A stretch of DNA of 63,853 nt, filler included, from Reclinomonas americana ATCC 50394 (taxonomy: Eukaryota): assembly GCA_048213135.1 (NCBI GenBank). It is 5 parts of 3 records of this genome, joined end to end, with 100 filler letters (N's around TTAATTAATTAA, not from the genome) between each part and the next. Parts side by side here need not be neighbours in the genome. Positions count along the whole stretch, not along the records: positions 1 to 28,828 come from PS015094.1; 4 more parts are not named here. One strand, written 5' to 3'. This document shows, in pieces, positions 11,501 through 24,091 of the stretch; within the stretch, counting starts at the first letter, position 1; the number at the start of each line of letters is the position of its first letter. The notes under the pieces are model-generated. The model was not told where the DNA came from. It saw only the letters and a list, made by a program, of their open reading frames with translations, and made no database searches. The translations under genes were made by a program, and so were the position numbers.

Positions 11501-14500
11501 ACGGCACTGACCTGAGGGTCGATCCAGCAACGGCAATCACTGCCACAGTGTCTATTGCCAGTGCGGCACGTAGCGCCAGCAGTGGCTTGCCCGAGTACCT
11601 GCGGTCGCTGTTCCGCCCGACCTTTGTCTCCATGCCGGACCTGCAATTGGTGGCCGAGATTACCCTTGCCGCTCACGGATTCCGCGACCCGACAACACTG
11701 GCACGAAAGCTCTCTGCGGCTTTCCGACTTGCCAGTGACGTTCTGTCACAGAAGGCCCACTACGATTTCTCGGCGCCCACCTTCAAGACCATCTTGCTGG
11801 CTGCGTGTTGCGTCCATCTCTCTGCGTTGCGCGCGCGTGTGTGTGTGTGTGTATTCGAACCAGCTCACACCCTGCGCCTGTGTCATTGCAGTGAAACAAC
11901 GAGCTTCTCGAGCGTCTGCCGACGAACTGGTTGTGGTGTGCGACGCTTTTGTGCGCGCATTCCTTCCACGGCTGCACTCGTGCGACATTGTGGTGTTCCA
12001 GCAACTGTGCAGTGATCTTTTTCCGTCGGCATGCCCACTGCCGTCGGCTCGCGATGCACTGGACGAGCGCATTCAGCAAGCCATCATCTCCGAAGGCTCG
12101 GCTCGGCACCTGACCATGACGTGTTTGGAGCGCGCCCACCAGCAGCTGGCTGCCGGCGCCTGGGTCATGTCGGACAGTGATGCAGCGGCGGCTGGCGGCA
12201 TTCGCGCAAATACCTTTGCGGCCAAGACACTGGAACTCTTCCAGAACCTCACCTCTCGCACCGGTCAGTCAGCGTGCACTGTTGAAGAAGATTTGGTGTA
12301 CTCACTTCCCCCATCGATTGATTGCCAGGTGTCATCCTGGTTGGCCCATCGCTTTCGGGCAAGACCACGGCTGTGTCTGTGCTAATGTCTGCGCTCAACG
12401 GTCTGGCCGATCAGGCCCCCATTGCACTGGCCAGATTCACGCCGGGTGGCATGCGCGCCACCGATCTGATTGGAGTGCGTGCTGTTTCATTATTGCATGT
12501 CGCCAGCACTGCGGGGTGTTTCGCTCACTGCCCCTCTGCACAATTATGAACAGTCGCTGCACAAACGCTCCAACGAATGGGTCGACGGCTACCTTCTTGT
12601 CGCGCTGCGCAAGCACATTGAGGAAAATGATCCTCGCAAGCGCCACTGGTTTGTGTTGGACGGTCCAATCGGCGCGTGGGCCGACAGCCTCAGCACCGCG
12701 CTGGAACACCCCAACGAACTGGTGCTGCCGTCGTGCGAGACACTGATTGTGCCAAAGACGTGCTCGTTCATCTTCGAGACCGACAGCCTCGCTGCTGCGT
12801 CTCCGGCGACGATTCGCCAAGCCGGCGTGGTTCACATGGTAAGCAACGAATCACGCGTACACCCCTTTTTCTCTTTGTCTTTTGACTAATGCGGACGATT
12901 ACAACAGCCTTCCACTCTGGACGGTGGGTGGCGAACAATTGCTCGCTCATGGCTGGCCACAGCCCCGCCGCTGGTGCACCTGTGGTCGAGTGACATTGCG
13001 ATTATGATGGAATGGTGCGGAATGATCGTGAACTTCTTTTTTTTTTCATGGTCGGTGCTCACATGTGAAAAACACGCAGGCTCTTTGTGCGCGCTCTGGA
13101 TCTGCTCAACGAAGGCAAGAATCCGGTGCCACACTCAGAGATTGCTGTCACTCGCTGGTTTGTGGAGGTCCTTGAAGCGCTGATGCTGGAGATTGCTCGA
13201 ACGCGCGTGGTACGTCAGCAGCATCCACATCGACCACGAAACAATTAGGTACTCATCGCCGAGTCGCACATTGATGATAACAGGGTGTGCGAACGGAAGA
13301 GCGCGTCCGTGTACAGCAGGCGTTTGTGTTTGCACTGACGTGGACAGTCGGTGCACAGATGAGCGACCAGGGTCGATATGTGTTCAGGTGCGTTCCGGGA
13401 ACGAGATCGCCACATGATCGGCCAGTTGACTGACGACACTGCCCGCAGTGAGCTGATGCGCCTGGAGGCGGAGGAGTCACAATCGGCTCCCAACATGGGC
13501 GAGCAGCAGTACGAGTTGCCCGTGTTCGAGTCACCACAGACACCGCCTCGTGTTCGCCTGGTCAATGCGTTGCCGGCGGAGGGACGACTGCACGATTACG
13601 TGTACTCGGACATCACCGGCACTTTTGTTACATGGCTGGAGAGCGTGGCCCTGCAGTTGACTCCGCCGAGTATGCCGCTGGACGATGTCTTTATCCCGTG
13701 AGTGAGACCATCGGTGCTGACAAGACTAGGTCGTGTGACTTGTTAGAGCTCACCACGTTGAGTGTCTGCGCAGCACAACCGAGTCGGTGCGCATGGCCCA
13801 TTTGTTGCGGCTGGGCACGAGCCATGGACTGAGCATGATGCTCATTGGTCCGCGCGGCAACGGCAAGGTGAGACGACAATGTGCGGCACGAATCGCATTA
13901 TATTTGACTCCCCGATTAACCTATGAACTGTGCACAGACATCGACCATTCACGAGGCGCTGAGCTCGCAGAAACGCCGGCTGTTCTCTCGCATTCCTCTC
14001 GCCGCCAGTCACACCGCATTCCAGGTCTCCGACATACTGGAGTCGCAGCTGCAGCGCCTCAGGTCGGGAGCTCTCGGTGCACCTGCCAACAAGGTGGCCG
14101 TGGTGCACGTGGACGATGTGGACAAGGTGGTGCACGCCGCCACCAGCGACGCACCGTTGGAGCTGCTGCGCAGCACCATTGGCTCCAAGCAGCTTGTGCA
14201 TCCGCGCTCGCGCACTCTCTTCAAGTTGGAGGACACGGTTTTCGTCGGCGCTGCGGACGAGCGCGTGCCGGTGCCAAGCAAGCTCGCACGCCACTTCTGG
14301 TGCATTCATTCACCAGAGCAGAATGTTGCGTCACCGGCGGCTGGAAGGATCAGGAGGTGTGCATAGCATACTAACCAAGATATTTCCCTTCTGGAACAGA
14401 CGACCACACTGCAACACATTTTGCTGGAGATGCTCTCAGCGTGCGCCCGTGACTTCTCCGCCGACGTGTACCGTGCGATGCAGAAGATTGTCAACGCGTC

Positions 14501-17500
14501 GATTATGGTCTACGAGGAGCTGCGACGCAGTATGCCGCCCACCGACGTGCGACCACACTACACGTTCACCATGAGCACTCTGACTGACGTGTTGCGTGGT
14601 GTGGTGGCCGTGGATTTGCGGCAGTGCGAGCCGCAAGATGTGTTCCGAGTGTGGCTGAACGAGATGTATCGCGTGTACGCCGATCGAGTGTTCGAGTCGG
14701 ATCGCCGTCGTGTGGATGACCTCGTGCTTACGGCGCTGCGCACCAAGTGCGACAGCGACACGTCAGTGTATCGTAGTGAGGACCCGGTGCTATTCGGTAA
14801 GCTGGCGGCACATGCACTCTCCTCGGAGCTCTCTTTTCTCTCTCTCTCATGCACTCACATGCCGCAATGCAGCCTTTGAGCGCGAGGGTTCCGAGGTCGG
14901 CGCTCTGCTGTACCGTGAAGTCCGAGATTCAGCTGCGCTGACACAACGTGTGCGACACGATATTGACCACTACACTCGAGTTGCGTGCCTCAACGTGGAG
15001 TACAATGCGCGGTGGCATCGTTCCTTACCATCTCTGCGCTTCTTCACAGACGCATGCAAGCGAAGAGCCACTGCGCATTGTTGTTCGAGAGGAAACAGTT
15101 ATGCACCTGTGTCGACTACAGCGCGTGCTGCGTCGACCACACTCGCACGCCCTGGTAATTGGCCAGCGTGGATCCGGTCGTCGCTCGCTGTGTCGCTTGG
15201 CAGGTGCGCATTTGTGTTTGTTCACATACAGACCTTGAATAAGCAACCTCAATCACTCCTGTTGTCGACTGCAGCGTTTGTGAGTGACTGTGAGCTGTTC
15301 GAGCCACCATCGTGCTCGCTGGTCCACGACTCGAGCTATGCGGCGTGGCGCGCCGATCTGCGGTCTGTGGTGCTGCGCGCTGCCATGTTGCACCCGCAAC
15401 AAGTGGCGCTTCTTGTCGGCGACGATCAGCTCTCCAGTGAGAGTTGCTGGGAGGATCTGGCTCAGTTGATGGACGGTGGCGAGGTGGCAGGTTTGTCGTC
15501 ACCTCTTGGCCTGTGTATTGTCGTGTGTGTTTTGTCGCTAATGGAGCACCACGCTGCGTGCGCATGCCACAGGTCTCTTTTCGCGTGAAGAATGGTCCGC
15601 GGCACTTGCGCAGCTGGCCGGGATTCTCACGGGGACCGACATTGCAAACGAAAAAGCACTTCGACCTCGTGCACTCGCCGCATGCTTCCGCCGTCGCGTG
15701 CGCAGCAACCTCCACGTGATGTTCTGCGTCGACCAGACTGCCTTCAAGTTCGCCACCCACTTGCATCATCATCAGAGCACCGTGACGGCAGCGACAGTGT
15801 ATCGGTGCGTACGCGGCAGCACTGCAAACATTGTGCCATCCAACGCCTCACGCTTCTTGTGTGATACGCAGCTTCGAAGCGATTCCACTGCGCGCGTTTG
15901 CCGAGGATGCATTTGCCAGTCTGCGCGAGTCTGAACAGGTCTCCGAAGACGACATGAAGGACATTGTTCGCATCGCCGTGCAGGTGCATCAGGAGGCCGA
16001 ACGCATGTCGCTGGAGTTCAAGGATACGTGGCCGTCCGTGGTGAACAGCGTCACCTTTGGTCGCTACCTCGGCGTCAGTCAACCGCTCCTCGTGCAACAC
16101 CTCGGGTCCGTGTCGCGGCGTCTCATGGCAGTGCAGCAAGGACTCGCGTGTCTCTTCAAGGCCACTGACCAGGTCGACGCCCTGCAGCACCGACAAGTTC
16201 AACTGCAGGTGTGGCAGTCTTCCATGCTCCCTTCGTTCGCGATGCAACAGTGTGCTAAACCTATGACTGGTCACGCGACTGCAGATCGAGATCGGGCAGG
16301 CACGCGAGCAGGTGCGTTGCGCGCGCGCGCTTGTCACACGCTTTTGCCACGCATGATGTTTACAACTTGAGTGTTCTCTGCAGAGTGCGGGTATCATGGA
16401 GGAGCTGCCACAGCGCCTGGCCGCCGCCCACGCCGCGCAACGCCAGTGCATGGAGGAGGAAGAGAATGCCAAAGAGGAGAACATTCGTGCGCAACGCTTG
16501 CGTGACGAGTGTGCACTCGAACTGTCTCGTGCCTATCCTGCGCTGGTCGGTCCACTCGCACTCTTCCAGTCGTTCAATCACTCACTCGCTAACTTGTCTT
16601 CGCTGTGTGTGTGTGTCTGCAGGCCAACGCACAGGAGGCCATCTCGCAACTGAGCAAACGCGAAATCGCCGAACTGCGCATCATTCAGGCTCCCTCGGCG
16701 GCCCTCAAGATCACCATGGAGTGCATTTGTGTGCTGTTTGAGGTGTCGCCGGACCGCGTCGCAGGTCCCAGTGCCGGCAGTCATGTGTTGGATTATTGGG
16801 CCGCCGGTCGCCGACTGCTCTCCGACAACTTTATGACACGCCTGCGCAGCATGGAGCCACGCCACCTCACCGACCTGCAACTGCGCCAGCTTCGCCACTA
16901 CCTCTCGCTCCCCGACATGAGTGCAGAGCGCTTGGCGTCGTCAAGTGTGGCCGCCTACCGTTTGTATTCGTGGCTGAGCAGTTCGGAAAAGTACCGCACC
17001 ATCACCGACAGTCTCAAACCGAAGGAGGCGCTGCTGAAGGAGATTGATGCGCGTCTGATTGAGCTGCGCGAGGAACTGGCGACCAAGGACGCAGCACGCA
17101 TGCGTGTGACCGGAGAGTACAACTTGCTGAAGGCCAAGGCCGACGAGCTGGAGAGTAGGCAGGAGGAGATGAAGCTGCAGGTTGGTCCTTCGTTGTACGG
17201 AATGCTTGCACTTGTACTGTCATTCTCATGCTATATGTGTGTCTGCAGCTGGAAGTGGCCGTTCGTCGACTCGTGCAAGCCAAGGCCCTGGTAGAATCGC
17301 TGACTCGCGAACAAGTGCGCTGGGAGGCACAAGTGGTGCAACTGCGCAAGGACATGCTGTTGGTCACTGCAAAGACACTGATGGCGGCTGGCGTGGTGGT
17401 GTATGGCGCCCCGATGCCTATCGAGTTCCGGAAACGTATCATCGGGCGATGGGAGACCATGTTTGAGCTGCAGCCGGGATCGTTCAATCTGATTGCCGCC

Positions 17501-20500
17501 ATTGGAGACGTTGCGTCCGTGTCGCGACTTTGTTCGCTGTGGAGTGTTGCATTCCTCTCACTTTGACAATCATTCGAACGCAGCCGCAAGAGATTGCGCA
17601 GTGGCACGCCAAGAATGTGCTCATCGATGATTCCAACACGGAGAGCGGCATTATCACGTGCATCGTTGAGCGACAGTCATGCACCTGGCCTCTTATCATT
17701 GGTTGGTCGTGTCACAGCGCATCTTGTTTCCTCGGCCACGACTCACATTTGGTGGCGTTGCAGATCCGGAAATGAACTGCCAGCAGTGGATTCAGGCCAT
17801 GTCGCCAGCCGCATCAATGGTACTCGACTTGGAGGACTCGATCGCCCAGCATGTGAACAACGCCGTGGTCAACGGAACCACTCTGATTGTCCAAGTGGGC
17901 GAGGAGCTGTCGTCGTACCTCTTCCGACTGGTGCAACGGCCGGTGAGTCGATGCAGCCGTGCAGCTTGGTTGCACTCCTCTGTTGGTTGCTGACAATCTT
18001 CACTCGGCACACGAACACACAGTGGCAACAAGTGCACGAGACTGGTCCCCTGGTGCTGCCGGATGGTCCCGTGGATCCTCATCCAGACTTCCGTCTGTTC
18101 ATCATCACTCGCCGACACTCACCGCCAAGCAAGGTTGGTGACACTTATTCACACTGCTATCCATTTTTTGTCACGCTCCCTTTGTCTGTGTCTCATCGTG
18201 CTCGTGCACCAGATTGACTACTCGACAGCATACGTCAACCTCATCAACTTTACACCGACGGTTGAGTCACTGCGCGATCGCCTACGCGCCGATGTGGCCA
18301 TTCGCCGAGGTTCGTGCACTTTTCTCCATCTATAAGACGCAGTCACTGAATTGTGTTGTCTGGTGCATACGCACACAGATGCCGAGTTGGAGGCGAAATG
18401 TCTGCGCAACGAGCAGGTGCACACCAGGGAGAAGAAGGAACTGGAAGAAAACGAAATCGCCGTGGTCACGGCAGTGGCGAACACCGACATGGATGCTCTC
18501 GTCGACAGCGATGAGCTGCTGATGCACTTGGAGTCTTGTCGCGAGCGGGCGCGCCGTCTTGCCGTGCACTTGCCCGAGCTGGAACGACAGCGACAAGTAC
18601 TGGTGGCTCGCCGAGCACGATACCAGAGTTTGGCCGACGGTGCCGTGACTTGCTTCCTCTTACTGCGTGGGTTGACGGCGCATCGGCTGGCGACCACGGC
18701 GTACTCCGGCAAGTGGTTGCGCGGTCTCTTTGAGCAGGCTCTGGATCGCGTCAAGTTCCCGGAGCCATCTTCGTTCCTGGGCTTGTCGCTGGAGGAGACC
18801 GTCGCGCTGGCCAGGCCGTCGATGTCACCACACGGCGTCAATAGCGCTGTGTGTTTCGACGGTGAAAGCGACGACGGTAGCGAGGTGTACGACTCGGTCA
18901 CTGGTGAGACCGATGAGGAGGCGACAGAGCGGCTGCAGGCGGCGGCCGTGGCCGCCTTCAACCAGTGGGAAGAGCGTGCACTGGAGCAGTGGAAGCTGCA
19001 GGTGCAGCAGGAGTTCAACGCTTCTCTGTATCGTGCCGCCTCGCGCTCCTTGTTCTCGCGTGAGCGACTAGCTTTCGGTCTGCTCATGTGCAGCAAGATG
19101 CAGCTCGCGTCTGGGTGGATCACAACGGCCGAATGGCGACTGCTGCTCGATCCGTTTGAGGCCGCCGGTCGCGATATGGACGAGCACTTGACCGCGGTGC
19201 CGGAGGCCTGCCGCACGGCGCCACACTGGCTTGATGAGAGACGCTGGCAGCGACTCTTGCGCGTTTGCGTGGCCACCAACACGGTGGATCTGATTTCTGC
19301 CATTCACAAGAGCTCAAACGAGTGGGAGGAGTGGCACGACCACGCCGAGTCGGCACTGTGGCCCCTGCCGGGCATGGCGTGGGCCATTCCCAAGGTCGAC
19401 CCGAAATCGGTGGTGCCGGCGCGCGATCGCCTCGCGCCACGCGAAACGCCGTATCGCTCGCGCACAGAGTCAACCTCCAATCAGTCGCCGCGTGACAGTG
19501 GACTTGCCCGGCAGCAGTCGGAAGGACGGCCGGCGTCACAAATGTCGCAAGGCCTCGGCCGAGGATCACTGGACGGTCGTCTGTCGTCGCCGCTGACTGC
19601 CGACTCTCAACGACGGCCGTCAGACCCAAGTCGGCGGCCATCAGTCGCCACCGCCGACAGCAGTAGCACACAGCCACTGCGGTCGTTGGCCACGGAGAGA
19701 CGTGCATCGGAGGAAGATCCTGCTCGCCGCCACTCCATGATTGTTGTGGAACGGCCGGCGTCTGAGCAGTCGCGCGATCGAAGACCTTCAGTGTTGGCGT
19801 CGGCAGCTGCGCCGGCTGTGACCGACTCACGACGCCCGTCGGTGCAGCAGTCGCAGCGGCGTGATTCGGTTGCAGTCGACATGCGTCGCATGTCGCTGGC
19901 CGTTCCGTCGCTTCACCAGCAACAACAACGCCGCGCAAGCAACGCAAACGCCGGCGGCCATCGGCACATCCAGGAAGATGTGCCTGTCGAGAGCGAGGAT
20001 GACGATTCGACGCTGACAGTGCCGGAGCCGCGACTGACCTCGTTCACGCGACTGTTGGTGGTGTGCGCCTTGCGGCCGGATCAGTTCCAACCGGCTGTTC
20101 GCGAGTACCTGGTGAGTGTTGGCGTTCACGCGCAGTCGCTTAGCCTCTTGAGTTCCTCTCCTCACGGTCTCCTCTGTGCAGCATGACGAGTTGGGTATGG
20201 CGTTTGCCGACACGCAAGATGTCAGCGACTTGCGGCCATTGGTGCGCATCAGCACGCGCGAAACACCGATTCTGGTGTGGCAGTCGAGTCCCGAGCACGA
20301 TGCGCTGTCGGCGTTGCTTGATGCGGCCACGGCGATGCAAATGCGCGACCGAGTGAGCATTGTGGCGTTGGGCGACAAGAACCGTTCCTTTGATCGGTCG
20401 GCCATGATTCAGAGCATGGTCTGGGGCCACTGGGTGGTCCTGCAGGGCCTGCATCTGCTGGACTCGAGCAGCTTGCAAGCACAGCTGCATGAACTGCGGC

Positions 20501-22643
20501 ACGTGCTGCGTGACCGCAACGTGCCGGTGCACAGCGACTTCCGTCTGTGGCTGACCAGGTTTGCGAGCACTTCTTCACCTCGTAGTGAGATCCAAAGGAA
20601 CTAACCAGAGGCCCTTTAAAATGCACAGTGCGCTGTGTTCCGGCGTTCCCGCCTCGCTGTTGGACGAGTCGGTGGTGTTTGCGTGGGAGCCGCATCGCAC
20701 GCTGCGAGATCGCCTGCTGAGCAGCCTCGCCACTGGGGAAGTCATGTCGCAGACCATTGTGCCGACCATGGGCGACATGTCGACCAGTCGACGAGAGTTG
20801 TGGGATCGGACGCTGGTGCTGCTCTCCATGCTGCACGCGGTGCTGTTGGAGCGCGGAGAGTACGGCAATCATGGCTGGAGCGCACGGTACGAGTTCTCCG
20901 GCGGCGATGTCGACTACTCCCTGTGGATGCTGCGTGGCGTGATGCGCAATGCGGCGGCCGACGAGTCGTGCCTGCCGACACTGTGCAAGATGCTCACCGA
21001 GTGCATCTATGGTGTGTTTTGCTGGGAAGTACAAGCCTTCATCTGCGGCGCGTTTTCACTTACAAAATTCCTCCCGTACACAGGTGGTCGTGTGCGCACG
21101 CACGTGGATGAGCTTGTGCTGGCTGCGCTGGTGGAAGACGTGTTCCGTGAGCCGGATAAGGTCGCCGCCACAATGGCTCGTGTGCGCGTCAGTATCGACG
21201 GAAGCATCGATGAAGGGGCGACGGCGCTGCCGCGCATGCTGCGACAAGGCAGCAAAGGCGGTCCGGCCGTACAAACTAGTTTCCTCGGCGGTCCGGACAC
21301 CATGCTGTTCCCGATCGATCGCACGTCCACGCGCCGCCTCAGCATCGCCACTGAGGTGCACCGACTGATTCATGTGCGACCGGCCGCTGAGACGCTGACG
21401 GCGGCCATTGCCATTGATGTGAACGAGTTGACGCTGGAGGAACGTGTGCGTCGCCTTCCCGACTGCGTGCCGCCGGCACTCTGCGGCTTGTTTGACTCGG
21501 TGGCGCCTCTCCGCTACAACCGCGACCGAGAGCAAGTACTGGTGGCACTCAACATGCCGTCGCACCTGCGACCTCTGGAGCGCACCAGCAGCGGCAACGA
21601 GGTGGACGCCGTGGACGGCTCCGAGCAGCAGTTGGATGATGTGGCGGTTGGCGCACTGATGGATGCCGGCCTGCCACTCACCGCTTCGGAGCGCGTGTCG
21701 ACGGCGGTGACGCGCGCCTTGCAGCACCTGCCACCTGTGTTCGACTTGTCGCGGGTGCGACGCGAGCGACCGGCCACACTGCACACACCCTGCAACGCGG
21801 TGCTGCACGACGAGCTGACGCTATGCAACGACTTGCTCGACTGTATCGGTGGCAGTCTGCGTGGCGTGCTGGATGTGCTGCGTGGTGGCCGGCCTCGCGA
21901 CGACTTTGACGAGGTGCGCAACGCGCTGCTGGCGCGCACCGGTGTGCCATCGTCGTGGCTGGCGCACTGCGGCAGCAGTGGTACCAGCAGCAGCGGGAGC
22001 CGCGGTGTCGCAGACATGTACGTGTCGGCTCCCATCGATCAGTTCGTGCACGAAGTGGTGCTGCGACGTGTCGCCGCCCTGCGCGAGTGGCTTGCCAGTG
22101 ACACTGCCTCGGGTGCGCCGCTAGCCATCAACCTGGGTGACGTGGCGCGTCCGTCGTCGCTGCTGAGCAGTCTGCGTGTGGCCTACGCGCGCAAGAATCG
22201 CGTGTCGATGGAGAGCGTGACACTCGAGTTCAACGTCGGCAATCCGACCACGGCGCAGGATGTGGCGCCCGTTGACGGGTGCCTGATCAAGGGCGTCTGC
22301 ATGAGTGGTGGCGCTTGGAGTACGGGACGCGCATGCATTGTCGAGATGCACAGCTCGGAACCGGCACCAGTGCCACTGGTACGTGACCATCAACAGAAGA
22401 CAAGCACGTCTCCTCTCAATCAATCTCTCACTGTGGTTTCCACGTGAACAGCTGTGGGCTCGACCGGCGTCCTTTGATCGGCGTGACTCGGATGTGGCGA
22501 CGGCGTACCTGTGCCCGGTCTATCACATTCGCTGCGATGATACAGAGTTGCTGGGCTACGCTCGCCTCCGCTGCGACGACCGCGCCCACTGGACGAAGCG
22601 ACGAGTGCTCATGACAACGCGAAATCTCACCAGCGATCCGTGA
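2503..22643 (+). CDS. divergent axonemal-type (inner-arm-like) dynein heavy chain, roughly 50 exons, contains assembly gaps
   Basis: N-terminal WEWRPCTVLHYD...KHVRRLNLRF; tail motifs GMRDRHW and RMVFPRFFFMSD; YGFEYLG; P-loops GPSLSGKT, GPRGNGKT and GQRGSGRRS; stalk/MTBD; C-terminal YLCPVY...HWTKRRV. The start exon MSRQQR is less certain. Confidence 0.9.
8339..9075 (-). other. misoriented contig carrying dynein tail exons
   Basis: Between two N gaps the minus strand encodes ...MWMAASSFITVRQEWMESPFDELDPERV...FQQHVP. This splices in phase to the plus-strand exon (M)INLLRHGGMRDRHW at 9151. Confidence 0.85.
9689..9755 (+). other. GC-AG intron
   Basis: cag|GCAAGT...cgcag|acc joins WLSRLNQ to TKYVLQTWNRIQ. 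Confidence 0.75.
14325..14399 (+). other. intron with atypical GTTGCGT donor
   Basis: cag aat|GTTGCGT...CTAAC...acag|acg. It contains an in-frame stop and a branch-point-like CTAAC. Confidence 0.8.
17510..17583 (+). other. intron with atypical GTTGCGT donor
   Basis: gga gac|GTTGCGT...gcag|ccg caa gives IGDPQEIAQW, matching the dynein L.DP..I..W pattern. Confidence 0.85.
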
Positions 22644-22792
22644 CGAGTGCGTCAGGAGAAAAAAAAAGAGGGAGCGGGTGGGTGGTGAAGACATGTTGTA
22701 TCGGCATTGTTTTTGTTGCTCATCACAAACACAATACAAAATGAAAGCGTGAGCAGAAGAAGGAGAGACGGCAGAAAACGAGAAGCAGCAGA

Positions 22793-23947
22793 TCAAGTGG
22801 CGAAGCGCGACGTCCACTCTCGAGCTGGCGTCGTGAAAAACACAGCGAGTGAGGAGACAATGCACGTGTGTGCACGGTAGGCCAAGCACACCCACACGAA
22901 CCAACGGCATGCGCGTCTTCGATATCGCTCTTCCAGTGATCGGCCGCGGTCGTATCCTGCGAGCGCACGCTGTGAGTGGTGGCGCAAAACAACCATACTT
23001 CCTTCAAGAACACAATCACCAGAGGATCATCGGGCTCCGGATCGCTGCGCACTAGGAATGAAAACGGAGAGTGCATGCGACGGCCAGGAACCCAAAAGAG
23101 CACGCACCACATCAACGCCTGCAACGCCAACAACAGCTTCTCGATTGTCAGTGCCGGACTCCTGTTCAGCAACGGAGAAGCGTCAGGACTCTATCACACC
23201 AACAGCAGCCAGCGGAGGGAGTGAGCTCGCACCACTTGTCCTTCAGCAGATCGAGGCAGATGCGCCCGACTCGGTCAATGTTTGGATGGTAGATGCGAGT
23301 GCAGAACCGCGCGCGAGGTGGCACTGTTGCGCAACGCTCAGTGACAGAAGCGGGAGGGGAAAGGAGGCAAGAACGAGAAGAACAATACCGAGAGGATACT
23401 CGTCTGCAATCATCATGACAGTGAGTGAGCGTGTGGCGGCGACATGAGAGGTGGAGAGGGAGACGAACCAGGCAAGAACAACTCGACAACAAAGGTGCCT
23501 GCGAGTGAGTGAGGTGAGAGTATGAGAGACAACAGCAGTGAGTGATGCACACACACCCTCCTCGTAGGGAGTGCCTGGCGGGCCGTCCAGATTGACAATG
23601 AGATATCTGTGGCAGTGAGAGTGTGCGTGTGTGTGTGAGAGGGAGAGGCGAGGAGCAGGGAGGAGAGAGAGACAGTGAGTACCGATCATTCACTTCCCAT
23701 CCGCGACGCACAACCATGCCGGGCTCGGGTCGGGTCAGTAGATCCTGTGCAATGGAGACAGAGAGAGGCATAGCATCATTAGTGAGTTGAGTGAGTGAGT
23801 GAGTGAGTGCAAAGGGGGGGTGTTGAACGCACCGACACCTCCCTTGCAACACGTCTGTCATTGCACACAAGTCGCCATGCGTGAGGATATGGAGGGAGAT
23901 GTGAGGAGTGCTTCTCTCTAACAATGTTACCTGCCCATGTTCGCCAT
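22793..23947 (-). CDS. UBC13: Ubc13/UBE2N-like ubiquitin-conjugating enzyme, paralog B (11 exons)
   Basis: [22 protein letters not shown]...[24 protein letters not shown]...[24 protein letters not shown]...PEPDDPL...[10 protein letters not shown]. Confidence 0.8.
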
Positions 23948-24091
23948 GGCTGCTCTCTCCTGGGTCGCGCGGAAGTGACAGGAGACTGACGTAATTTCTC
24001 ATCGGTATTTTTTCTTCATCGTGAGGGGAGAGGTGTGCGAGTGACGATCGAGAGTTTACTTTTGTCACACGGTGGGGCGTCGAGTGGCAGA

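Noticed and set aside
13351-13387. Apparent 37-nt mini-intron in dynein
   Set aside because: Reading through gives WTVGAQMSDQGRYVF, which fits the dynein pattern; the real intron is more likely 13388-13448.
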